From contig CADBUI010000027.1 in NCBI GenBank assembly GCA_902797855.1, positions 42,639 to 106,638 of the forward strand: a stretch of 64,000 nucleotides of DNA, in the 5' to 3' direction. A program made the translations under genes and the position numbers. The notes under the pieces were generated by a model that saw only the letters and a program-made list of their open reading frames with translations, was not told the origin of the DNA and searched no databases. This stretch comes from an uncultured Erysipelotrichaceae bacterium. GTDB lineage: Bacteria > Bacillota_I > Bacilli_A > RFN20 > CAG-826. Below are positions 30,201 through 38,370 of the stretch, piece after piece. Each line of letters begins with the position of its first letter. Position 1 is the stretch's first letter.

Positions 30201-33200
30201 AGCGGATTATTAGAACCATCAGTCAATGTTAACAATAATTCTCCGTTTAAGTAAAACTCTCCAATCGTATCATTTCCAACTTGTTTCATTATAAGTGCAC
30301 ACATCATCCAATCGGAAATAGTCGCGCCTAACGGTTGACTTGTTTGTGTATAATTTCCTAATTTTAAAGTGATCGTTCCGCCTGTATCAAAGTAGGCATA
30401 ACATGTTTTTGCAGAACCGGGCATGTAATAGAAACAAAGAATTGGAACACCTGAAAATAGTCCATCAAATTTCACCCACGCAACAGCGGATCTTGTAGAT
30501 GCAAATTTATTGTCCCATTCGCTCTTGTTAAAAGTTTCGCCTGCGATAGTTTTGCTTCTAGTAGAATTAGCTTCTAATAAATTATATGCAATGATTTTGC
30601 CGCTAGCTCTAATGCTCGCTACTTTTTTATGAAGTGTTTCATCAAAAATATATTTTAAAGAAGTGGACTCACATAAATTGTCATATGGTTGGGCGCCGTA
30701 TCTACTTTTTAAAGATAGACCACCATCAACTTGATCATCATTAAAAACATAATCAACTTTATTGATAAATTCTCGAGGTGATAAATTATTAATCTCATAA
30801 TTTCTGACAAAGTCAGTTGATTCATTTAGATTAATAGCGGATACATTTTTATGTTGGATTTTATTTAAATTATCGTAATAGTTTGAGTAAGAGAAACCTA
30901 ATGATGAAGAGACACTATTTATTAACTTGTCTCTTGAATAAGAAATTGTGATAGTTTCTAAATTCTGTGTATTTACGATTTTATTTAATCGATTAAAAAT
31001 GTCATACGAAAATTCTGCAATAAGTTCATCCTCAGTATAAACATTTGCCAATCGATAAGATTCATCGTAAGTATATTTGGTGTGATAATAGCTATCACTT
31101 AATATTGTTTTTGTATCAAGTAATGGGCAACCATCAATAATTACTCCATCGATATAACTCTGTGAAACGATATGAGTACAATTGTATGAAGCGTTGCTTA
31201 GTCGACCATACTCGTCATAGCTAAATTCATACTTATCATCATTGGTTAGATTAATTGCAACTAAGTTATTTTGGTTATAACTAAAAGATATTGTTCCACT
31301 GCTATCGACATATCTACCTCGTTCAAGTTCAACGATTTTACCGCTTGTGTCATAAACTTTTCTAATTAATGATGCGTTAGGCAAACAAGTCATAATGCAT
31401 TGTCCAAACTCGTTATAACAATAAGATGTCACTTTTCCTAGGTCATCTATTTTGTTATGACTACCATCTATATTATTTTCAGATGTAACAATGCTTAATC
31501 CTTCAGAATTTGTGAATGTGATACTGGTTTCGTCATCATCACAATCTATTGAAACTTGATTACCAAAATTATCGCTAATTTCAATAGGTTTACCATCTTC
31601 GTTATATGAATAAGTTAGATTAGAACCAAGATTTGTTTCACTGCTGCATAAATTACTATTTAAATAGCTGTTTGTTTGAGATAACCCATTTGAATCAATC
31701 GCAACAAGTTTCCCTCCGTCATCATAAGAATACATTTGACACTTCTCATCAATAAATAATTGAGCGCAAGTAACAAGTGCTTCTTTATATCCCTGTCGCT
31801 TAATAGTTATAAAAACTTGTATAAAATCAATATCTGCAACAATTGAAGTGGTTAATAGCTGCCAAGAATCTTGTTCCTTAACAGCGTGAACAATGTAATC
31901 TTTATCATCGAATCCATGAATGGTTAGTTGCACACTAAAATCGTTATTTTGATCTAAATCAGCGTTAACCAAACACGAGAAGGTTATTGTCTGCCCTCTT
32001 TTTCCAACAATATTAACATTTTGAGTAAGCGAGGACACGATTGGTTCTGCGCTTGGAATAAATCTTAATGAAGGGGCATTTATTGAAAAGACATTATCCG
32101 ATGGGGAAGTTGGCAAAACTTCAACATGATTATTATCGCTTGCGGTCCAATTCCTAATAGGATTATTAATGTCGCCCTCTTCATTAAAGAAGCTATTTTG
32201 AACATAGTTAATTTGGTTAGATGAAGAAGATTCATCAAGTGATAAAGAATTAAATTTAATGAAAGAATTATTTGCGATTTCGCATTCCAATATAAGCGAC
32301 GATTCGTCTGGAATTATAATGTTTTCTTCGTTTAAATTGTGCCACTGATTGTCACCAATAAGATTGAACGAGACTGTAGAAGTATGCGTTGTTTTTGTGG
32401 AACGATAGAAAGGGTGTGGACTATTTAGTGGGTGAGATGGTATTTGTTCTGTTGTTACGTAGGTCATCTCAATATTAAGAGTTTGATTCTTGTCTGTTTT
32501 ATAATAGCCCTTCAAACGATAAGTTCCATAATGAGGTCCACCCAAATCCTGGGAAATAGTCTCATTTGATGTACTACTATTTGTGAAAACTATTGAGGTT
32601 TTACCATCTATTTCTTCGATATCGTTATCTAAGACAACATCAACGCTAGATAATTCCCAAATTTCATAATCATTGGAATTAATGTTGTTATTAATCAAAT
32701 TACGATAATACGCAAGAAGCCTATGGGTATTTGTTGGTAAATGAACACAATTCTCTGAATCTCGCGGATCTTCTATTAATGAGTATGAATTGGAGGAGGA
32801 AATATAAGAAGAATCAACCACATTAGATGGTGTTCCATCATTATTAAAATAATATGTTTTTTCTCCACTAGTATCATTAATGGTTGCAGACATATCATCG
32901 TAAGAAATTAGCATAGGATTTAATGGGGAAGAATTATTATTAAAAATCACTCTTGGTAATATCTTAATTAAACGATTATCTAAATATTCTAATAAGCATG
33001 ATTTGCCGGATAATTTGTCGATAATTTCAGAGATTTTAGATTCATTATTATAGAATATAGAAATATCCTTAATAAGAACTTTGTTTTCATTTGGCTCATT
33101 AGTTGGATCAAATTCAAGCCTATACATCGAAATATTTTTAATTAATCCATTAGAATAGGCGATATCAGAAATATAACCTTTAGTGGACGTTATGCTACAA

Positions 33201-34297
33201 ATTTTTGGTAACTCATTAGGAACATTATCACTATAGTTAAGAGTAATAACATCATCTTCGTTAGTGATACTTATCAGTTGTTTAACGTTATTATTATTAA
33301 CTGAAACGTCTCGATATTGGAAAGTGCTTTCCCTTCCATTTGGTGATTTAGATTTAATAAAGATGATTTGATTAGCATATAAATTAAATTCAAGCGTTGA
33401 TTTATTCTTATAGTGAAGGTGGTAATTAGTGTTATCAAAAGTAATATATGAACCATCTTCAAAACAATAATATGCAAAATCATCCACAATTCCTAAAGTG
33501 TCTAAATCTGATCTTTCGGTGAATTTTGTATATTTTAATTTTGTGCCCAAAGAATCTATTATTGTGAATGTATCATTATTAAATTCGCAATAGCGATAAG
33601 TAGATAAATTCCATCCGCCAAATTCCTTTCCACCAAACAAAGATGAAGAATAATCTAATGACAAATTAAAAGAATCATTTACAAGATTAGGAATAGTTAG
33701 GTTTACACTTAAAAGAAGATGTCCATAATTAAGTGAAACCAAACCGGAAATATTTTTTCCTAAAAAATCATCTAATTTGTAATAAGGTAGATAAGAATGA
33801 TATCCACCCTTTTCCTGGCATTCAAAATCAATATAATCGACATTTCCAAACGTTGGATGAGGAAACATCATAAGGGATTTGTTAGGTGTCACAAGTTTCA
33901 TGTATAAAGACTTATTCTTCACATCACCAGAAACACTTTTAACAAATTTGGTAATATCAAAAACAACATAACTTTCAACATCGGGGATGATTGATGAAGT
34001 AGCTTGGCCAAGTCCAGCACTAACTAAATCAATTAGATTCCAATTCGTATCATATAAAGCAAAGACTAAGCCATATGACAATGTTGCAAAGAAACAGGTA
34101 ATTAAACATTTTTGGATATGGTAAGCACTCAAATCGAGATTTTGGCCTTTAAACGTTAATTTAACTGTCGAATTAGAATTAATTGTTTTATATAAAGCGG
34201 GATAGGAAATGGTATTGAATTGATCATTATCCGAATCGCGAAATGAAGTTGATAAATGAATCTGGTAATTAGTATTAGTAAATATTTTCATAATCAA
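27224..34297 (-). CDS. Rhs/YD-repeat polymorphic toxin (2357 aa) with variable C-terminal toxin domain
   Basis: Dozens of YD repeats (YSYDDFGKLV, YTYDESYRL, ...). Rhs core RYYSPLLRRFISPDN plus the demarcation motif YCNNNPIMRSDPSGK, followed by a unique 351-aa C-terminal region. Confidence 0.9.
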   Translation of the reverse strand: MIMKIFTNTNYQIHLSTSFRDSDNDQFNTISYPALYKTINSNSTVKLTFKGQNLDLSAYHIQKCLITCFFATLSYGLVFALYDTNWNLIDLVSAGLGQATSSIIPDVESYVVFDITKFVKSVSGDVKNKSLYMKLVTPNKSLMMFPHPTFGNVDYIDFECQEKGGYHSYLPYYKLDDFLGKNISGLVSLNYGHLLLSVNLTIPNLVNDSFNLSLDYSSSLFGGKEFGGWNLSTYRYCEFNNDTFTIIDSLGTKLKYTKFTERSDLDTLGIVDDFAYYCFEDGSYITFDNTNYHLHYKNKSTLEFNLYANQIIFIKSKSPNGRESTFQYRDVSVNNNNVKQLISITNEDDVITLNYSDNVPNELPKICSITSTKGYISDIAYSNGLIKNISMYRLEFDPTNEPNENKVLIKDISIFYNNESKISEIIDKLSGKSCLLEYLDNRLIKILPRVIFNNNSSPLNPMLISYDDMSATINDTSGEKTYYFNNDGTPSNVVDSSYISSSNSYSLIEDPRDSENCVHLPTNTHRLLAYYRNLINNNINSNDYEIWELSSVDVVLDNDIEEIDGKTSIVFTNSSTSNETISQDLGGPHYGTYRLKGYYKTDKNQTLNIEMTYVTTEQIPSHPLNSPHPFYRSTKTTHTSTVSFNLIGDNQWHNLNEENIIIPDESSLILECEIANNSFIKFNSLSLDESSSSNQINYVQNSFFNEEGDINNPIRNWTASDNNHVEVLPTSPSDNVFSINAPSLRFIPSAEPIVSSLTQNVNIVGKRGQTITFSCLVNADLDQNNDFSVQLTIHGFDDKDYIVHAVKEQDSWQLLTTSIVADIDFIQVFITIKRQGYKEALVTCAQLFIDEKCQMYSYDDGGKLVAIDSNGLSQTNSYLNSNLCSSETNLGSNLTYSYNEDGKPIEISDNFGNQVSIDCDDDETSITFTNSEGLSIVTSENNIDGSHNKIDDLGKVTSYCYNEFGQCIMTCLPNASLIRKVYDTSGKIVELERGRYVDSSGTISFSYNQNNLVAINLTNDDKYEFSYDEYGRLSNASYNCTHIVSQSYIDGVIIDGCPLLDTKTILSDSYYHTKYTYDESYRLANVYTEDELIAEFSYDIFNRLNKIVNTQNLETITISYSRDKLINSVSSSLGFSYSNYYDNLNKIQHKNVSAINLNESTDFVRNYEINNLSPREFINKVDYVFNDDQVDGGLSLKSRYGAQPYDNLCESTSLKYIFDETLHKKVASIRASGKIIAYNLLEANSTRSKTIAGETFNKSEWDNKFASTRSAVAWVKFDGLFSGVPILCFYYMPGSAKTCYAYFDTGGTITLKLGNYTQTSQPLGATISDWMMCALIMKQVGNDTIGEFYLNGELLLTLTDGSNNPLYFEYADYLLIGPETFIRPLNTPFGSPIISYTKILHLSFGCYAYSPTEIKSIYNEGYDYLIKPYLIHTYSGVKSSSLSNNDYDYVSLDDNYISSKNISPLVCGETITNDKFDKPNDFLWDNSLKRHVYKSFSNEYSLLGKTSRLVYQFNPFTDFDLKIDFFIPKLFGSNQTIVSLSDSSFSSVLNIHLYNGNLRININGNVTSTTFNASINTWYSLRLKCLSSTLEIYINDALIDSLSFNDSLDHVSMGATANNSSYTVFTDYLNGYLKDFIYCLDHQAISNSSIRVFSNYKEIDSMGRVVSTNIGSVTKSLNYITPLDNENNPIQGRTSTKVLSETSSIETRSYGYDLNNNVSCVTCNNDEIHYEYDYLDRLVSSKLNNQDPTLYEYDVLGNILKVSDSSGNIYDYIYDSHFGHKLIGIKKNNVDYVQLTYAYDESLYPSSIGDLELSWLADKLAAVSVNNETYTYLYDYQNRRIKKQHGNNVINYFYEDNRLLVEKSNDATIIYLYDENDKLIGFRLDKSNSSNYYYYYRDILGIIRKIIDSSGQIVASYSYDDFGKLVSINEETSIAGYNHFYYKGYYYDSESGLYYLINRYYSPLLRRFISPDNIYDTIKDKLDSAQFNLFSYCNNNPIMRSDPSGKFSILDVLLIGLTAVVTAVTVVVAIITNPIVSIALLTQGAPLLSTLVSNNNSNIIDYIKKITTNTMNSIGSFITHFAGNHLYELMVVHDIIANELLNANLFNIDNVGWWTCYISPLEYVILSISKSNYEHNVEVWTQNPRLKDTLLTTISGDTTSTAYFNNQAKTEAESLKFGSKNINKAGCTIITSYNALLFCNLPALRHFTAEEDDLLFPNLIAECEKKSLLFGQLGAFPTHIHEMLTKYDEIEVGPIRTSVEDLISDYGEFSMDCAIISTYINGFIPNSTNIPSLTSHTTMIIPISDISNSMFYELNGYMFPNETTKYFSSLSNRWNVDLVNEVGRKFICGFIIKRKSI

Positions 34298-35169
34298 AAC
34301 ACCTTCAAGTTGTTATTAAATAATTCAACAGCAAAACTATTTTCGTTAAACATTAGATCGTTCACCACTACATCAAACGGCCGATTGAGTCGATTAGATA
34401 GATAGGTTTTTATTTCGTGTGATATGTTATTAATAAATTTTCCATTCCTAGAGAGTTCACAATATATATCAACATCACTGAATGATGTTTGCTCATTTTT
34501 AGCGTATGAACCTAGAAGATACAAATGTAAGATATAATAATTCTTCTTTAGAAAAGCTTCGCAAGAGATAATCTCATTTACTAAAGATTCCGTAGAAATC
34601 AAAGGATACTGTTTATTCAAACTATTAGTGCGTTCATACACCTCAATAAGCGTTTCTTTAATCAATGATTTGTCAAAAATCATTTTCTTAATATCGCCTT
34701 TCCTAAAAGCAAAAGGAAAGCTCTTATGAACAAACAATGGAATATTTACTATTGTTAATGATATCTCTTGGCATAGTTCGTATTGTTCAAACACACTGAG
34801 GCAACGAACCAGCAAACCTTCAAAGGATGAAAACGTTAACAGTTCATTTGCTTTTATCAATAAGTGAGATAGCTCTTGCTTCTGACTACTATCTAGGTTT
34901 AGCTCACTAACTGAATTAAAATAACTAACAACATAGTCGAATGATGCTTGAGCGTCATCAATAACCATTTGTTGATGCACCATTTTATTAAAAATAGAAA
35001 ACATCTCTTCTGTTTTGTTTTCAGGAGTTATTGAAATATCACCTTTATAAAGCTTCTTTAGCCGAGAATATGATTGTTTATAATCAAAATCGTGGTAAAG
35101 ATATTCCACAAATTTAAAAGGAATCTTAGGATTATACTCCGATGATAACATTATTTTTTCAGTCATCAC
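34294..35169 (-). CDS. protein with C-terminal minimal nucleotidyltransferase (Pol-beta superfamily) domain; first gene of the Rhs cassette
   Basis: LYLLGSYAKNEQTSFSDVDIYCEL...RPFDVVV matches the hG[GS]-x9-13-Dh[DE]h MNT signature. The ~200-aa helical N-terminal region is unassigned. Its stop overlaps the Rhs start (ATGA). Confidence 0.55.
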   Translation of the reverse strand: MMTEKIMLSSEYNPKIPFKFVEYLYHDFDYKQSYSRLKKLYKGDISITPENKTEEMFSIFNKMVHQQMVIDDAQASFDYVVSYFNSVSELNLDSSQKQELSHLLIKANELLTFSSFEGLLVRCLSVFEQYELCQEISLTIVNIPLFVHKSFPFAFRKGDIKKMIFDKSLIKETLIEVYERTNSLNKQYPLISTESLVNEIISCEAFLKKNYYILHLYLLGSYAKNEQTSFSDVDIYCELSRNGKFINNISHEIKTYLSNRLNRPFDVVVNDLMFNENSFAVELFNNNLKVF

Positions 35170-35171
35170 TA

Positions 35172-35180
35172 ATTATACCA
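35172..35180 (-). promoter_or_regulatory. extended -10 promoter (TGGTATAAT) for the Rhs cassette, likely giving a leaderless transcript
   Basis: Minus strand TGgTATAAT-tagtg-ATG. No SD is present and the start codon lies ~7 nt after the -10. Confidence 0.4.
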
Positions 35181-35253
35181 AAACTGTAATCAAAATTCAT
35201 AATATATTAAATATAGATATACAAAATTGCGTAATTATTTGTATAATTAACCT

Positions 35254-35733
35254 ATGTCCAAAAAGGTCGAAAATAAGAAACTTAAAATCAATCCAAAGCG
35301 AATAATTCTCATATTTGTTGCTTTATTTTTTGTTTTTGAAGCTATCTTTTATTTCACTCTTCAACCTTGGTATTTAGGTGATTGGTATCCGTTTGATAAA
35401 TTACCATTTTATCTATACACGACTGGTGTAGGTGCTTTATCAGTAATATTCTGCATTGTGTCTATAACACAGACTTACTATATTGTTGATAAATCTTGCA
35501 TCATTCATAACAAGATGGGACATGAGTATCGTTATCGTTTTTCTGAGATGCTATATATCGATGAAGAATGGTCAAAAAAACATAAGATGCTTCTATTTTA
35601 TTTAGCGGATGGGAAATCTAAATTTTTAGCGTTCGACCGCGATGGAATAATCTTTGATTATGCGCTTACTTACGCGGTCCATAGAATGAGCAAAGAAGAG
35701 TTTCAATCTCGTTATCCAAATGTTAGACTTTAA
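35254..35733 (+). CDS. small membrane protein with two TM helices and a bacterial PH-like (YdbS/YdbT-like) domain
   Basis: Two N-terminal hydrophobic helices followed by a ~100-aa soluble domain. TGTATAAT lies 6 nt before the ATG, suggesting a leaderless mRNA. Confidence 0.45.
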   Translation: MSKKVENKKLKINPKRIILIFVALFFVFEAIFYFTLQPWYLGDWYPFDKLPFYLYTTGVGALSVIFCIVSITQTYYIVDKSCIIHNKMGHEYRYRFSEMLYIDEEWSKKHKMLLFYLADGKSKFLAFDRDGIIFDYALTYAVHRMSKEEFQSRYPNVRL

Positions 35734-35751
35734 CATATTGTTTACAAAACA

Positions 35752-35792
35752 TATTTTATTGTGATAAAATCATTAAGCGTTTTTAGAAAGTA
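35752..35792 (+). promoter_or_regulatory. promoter of rpmB
   Basis: TTTACA, ~17-18 nt spacer, TGaTAAAAT (extended -10). Confidence 0.4.
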
Positions 35793-35802
35793 GGTAGAAA
35801 TT

Positions 35803-35991
35803 ATGTCAAGAGTTTGCCAAGTATCAGGTGTCGGTCCAAAAAGTGGTAACAATCGTAGCCACTCCATGATTGCGACCCGTCGCGTTTGGAATGCAAATTT
35901 ACAAAAATATAAAGTTGTAATCGATGGAAAAGAAGTGACAGTCAAAATGACTGCACGTGCTCATCGCGCACTTCTTAAAAACGCTAAATAA
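35803..35991 (+). CDS. rpmB: 50S ribosomal protein L28
   Basis: MSRVCQVSGVGPKSGNNRSHSMIATRRVWNANLQK... Confidence 0.9.
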   Translation: MSRVCQVSGVGPKSGNNRSHSMIATRRVWNANLQKYKVVIDGKEVTVKMTARAHRALLKNAK

Positions 35992-36007
35992 TCCTGATTA
36001 AGAAGAA

Positions 36008-36035
36008 ACGACGTCCTTTAGGACGTCTTTTTTTA
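36008..36035. terminator. bidirectional terminator between rpmB (+) and gpsA (-)
   Basis: GACGTCC-ttta-GGACGTC followed by TTTTTTT. Confidence 0.6.
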
Positions 36036-37016
36036 TTCTGAGATGAGTTTCCTATTGAATAGAGAAACCACTGCTTCTTTAGGATCAACTCCTTCATAGA
36101 TAACTGAATATACAGCATCTACGATTGGCATTTTAATATTTAATTTAGTAGAGAGTTGCTTAGCGGCCACTAAAGCGTTAACGCCTTCAACAACCATCCC
36201 CACTTCTTTGAGTGTTTCTTCAAGTGACTTACCTTTTCCAAGAAGCTCACCTGCGTTATGGTTACGAGAATGTCTACTTGTTGCAGTGACAACAATATCT
36301 CCAATACCAGTTAAACCAAAGAATGTATGTTCATCGCATCCAAGCTTATAGCCAAGTCGAGATATCTCTGCAAGTCCACGGGTGATAATAGCAGCTTTCG
36401 CGTTATCTCCAAAACCCATACCATCACTCATACCGGCTGCTAAAGCGATGATGTTTTTAAGCGCTCCACAAAGTTCAACACCATATATATCTGTATTTGT
36501 GTAGACTCTAAGAACATTATTTGAAAAGACTTTTTGAACTTCTTTCGCAACTTCTTCATCTTTAGATGAAGCGACGATGAGAGTTGGTAGACCAATCGCC
36601 ACTTCTTCGGCGTGAGTTGGTCCACTAAGGGCAACAATTTTATATCCTTTACCAAGTTCATCTTCAATGATTTCACTCATCGTGAAAAGAGTATCTGGTT
36701 CAATTCCTTTAGCGACGCTAACAAGGATTTGATCTTTATTAACAATATCTTTAACTCTATTAGCGACACTTCTAATCGCTACGGAAGGAGTAGCGAAAAT
36801 AACAATATGGGAATTAGTAATGACATCTTCGATCGTATTAGTGAACTTGATCGAATCATTAATGACACAATCTAAGTGTTTGTGTCTATGAGTAGTTGAT
36901 AAAGATTCAACTTCCTCCTTGCTAGGAGAATATACAAATAAAGAATATCCACTATTAGCAAGCATATTAGCTAAAGCAGTACCCCATGTTCCAGCGCCTA
37001 TAATTCCTATTTTCAT
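36033..37016 (-). CDS. gpsA: NAD(P)H-dependent glycerol-3-phosphate dehydrogenase
   Basis: MKIGIIGAGTWGTALA Rossmann N-terminus; 327 aa. Confidence 0.9.
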   Translation of the reverse strand: MKIGIIGAGTWGTALANMLANSGYSLFVYSPSKEEVESLSTTHRHKHLDCVINDSIKFTNTIEDVITNSHIVIFATPSVAIRSVANRVKDIVNKDQILVSVAKGIEPDTLFTMSEIIEDELGKGYKIVALSGPTHAEEVAIGLPTLIVASSKDEEVAKEVQKVFSNNVLRVYTNTDIYGVELCGALKNIIALAAGMSDGMGFGDNAKAAIITRGLAEISRLGYKLGCDEHTFFGLTGIGDIVVTATSRHSRNHNAGELLGKGKSLEETLKEVGMVVEGVNALVAAKQLSTKLNIKMPIVDAVYSVIYEGVDPKEAVVSLFNRKLISE

Positions 37017-37030
37017 AACTTCGTATTCTC

Positions 37031-37720
37031 CTATATATTAATTAAAGAAATAATATAGATAAGACCACTAATAAAGGAAAGGATAATCATTATCCATTCT
37101 GTGTATGCAAGTGGAAAATATTTTGGTCTAGCGTATGTTAACTCTGTATCTTCACCAACTTTTTCAAGTTTTGCCCAGCTTTTTAGTTTTGGGTTAAACA
37201 TAAATAACAGAGTTATTAATGTGAACACTCCTGAAATAATTCCAAGTGAAAGATGGAAACTTGATCCAGTTGATTGAGTGGAATATAGATAAGACATATA
37301 GAAACAATAAAATGTCGTTAAAGCAGAAATTAAAAATGTTAACGCCATAAAGATGGTTGAAATAATAGCGTGCTGTTTAACGTAGAATATTGAAATATTA
37401 ATTAGACTGATGCTAGATAGATGAGTTAAAGCGATAAGCGCAGCAATTACTACGCTTAGAGTAAACATCCCTCCGAATGCTTCTTTATTGATGATAATAA
37501 TCACTAAAATAAATAGTGACACTGCGGAAAATATATAATTTGATATCTTAAAAAGATATCCTTTATCATATCTAGTTACAATTTCACTAGGAAAAGAATT
37601 GGTAGGCGAAAACTTTTTTATTTCTTTACTAGTGGATAAATATGCACATAGTAGTTCAATAACAAAAGCAAGTACGTAGACAATAATTCCAATTATCCAA
37701 AGGATATCTATTTTTATCAT
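37031..37720 (-). CDS. hypothetical polytopic membrane protein (~6 TM)
   Basis: Hydropathy only. It occupies the slot where Bacillus has thiN. Confidence 0.5.
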   Translation of the reverse strand: MIKIDILWIIGIIVYVLAFVIELLCAYLSTSKEIKKFSPTNSFPSEIVTRYDKGYLFKISNYIFSAVSLFILVIIIINKEAFGGMFTLSVVIAALIALTHLSSISLINISIFYVKQHAIISTIFMALTFLISALTTFYCFYMSYLYSTQSTGSSFHLSLGIISGVFTLITLLFMFNPKLKSWAKLEKVGEDTELTYARPKYFPLAYTEWIMIILSFISGLIYIISLINI

Positions 37721-38370
37721 TTAAGAGAATCAATCCTCTCTTTTTTATCATGTCCAAAGATGTATGAACCTGCGACAAGGATATCTACTCCTGCTTCTTT
37801 ACAAAGTTTTCCAGTTTCTTCATTGATTCCACCATCAACTTCTATAAGACAGTTATATCCTTTAGAGTCGATCTCTTTTCTTAAGGCTTTAATTTTATCA
37901 ACTGCCATAGGCATGAATTTTTGACCACCAAAACCTGGTTCAACACTCATAACAAGCACTAAATCAAGTTTAGGAAGTAAATCAAATATTGATTCGGCGC
38001 TGGTCATTGGTTTAATTGATAGCCCAGCTTTCGCGCCCATCTTATGAATTTCATCAATGAGTTTAGAAGCTTCCTCGTGAGATTTAACTGCTTCAATATG
38101 GAAGGTGAGTAAATCTGCACCTGCTTTAATAAACAATTGAGCTTCAATTTCTGGATCACTAACCATAATATGGACATCATTCACCATATGGTGAACTTTA
38201 GCGTATTTTTTTACATCTTCTACCTTATAAGAAACGTTTGGGACAAATATTCCATCCATTACATCCCAGTGTAGATAGGTAGCACCAAAGCGTTCAACTT
38301 CTAATATTTCATCAAGAAGTTTTGATTTATCTGCACTAAGTAGACTTGGAGCGACATGAATAGTTTTCAT
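37717..38370 (-). CDS. rpe: ribulose-phosphate 3-epimerase
   Basis: HVAPSLLSAD...LHWDVMDGIFVPN. Confidence 0.9.
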   Translation of the reverse strand: MKTIHVAPSLLSADKSKLLDEILEVERFGATYLHWDVMDGIFVPNVSYKVEDVKKYAKVHHMVNDVHIMVSDPEIEAQLFIKAGADLLTFHIEAVKSHEEASKLIDEIHKMGAKAGLSIKPMTSAESIFDLLPKLDLVLVMSVEPGFGGQKFMPMAVDKIKALRKEIDSKGYNCLIEVDGGINEETGKLCKEAGVDILVAGSYIFGHDKKERIDSLK

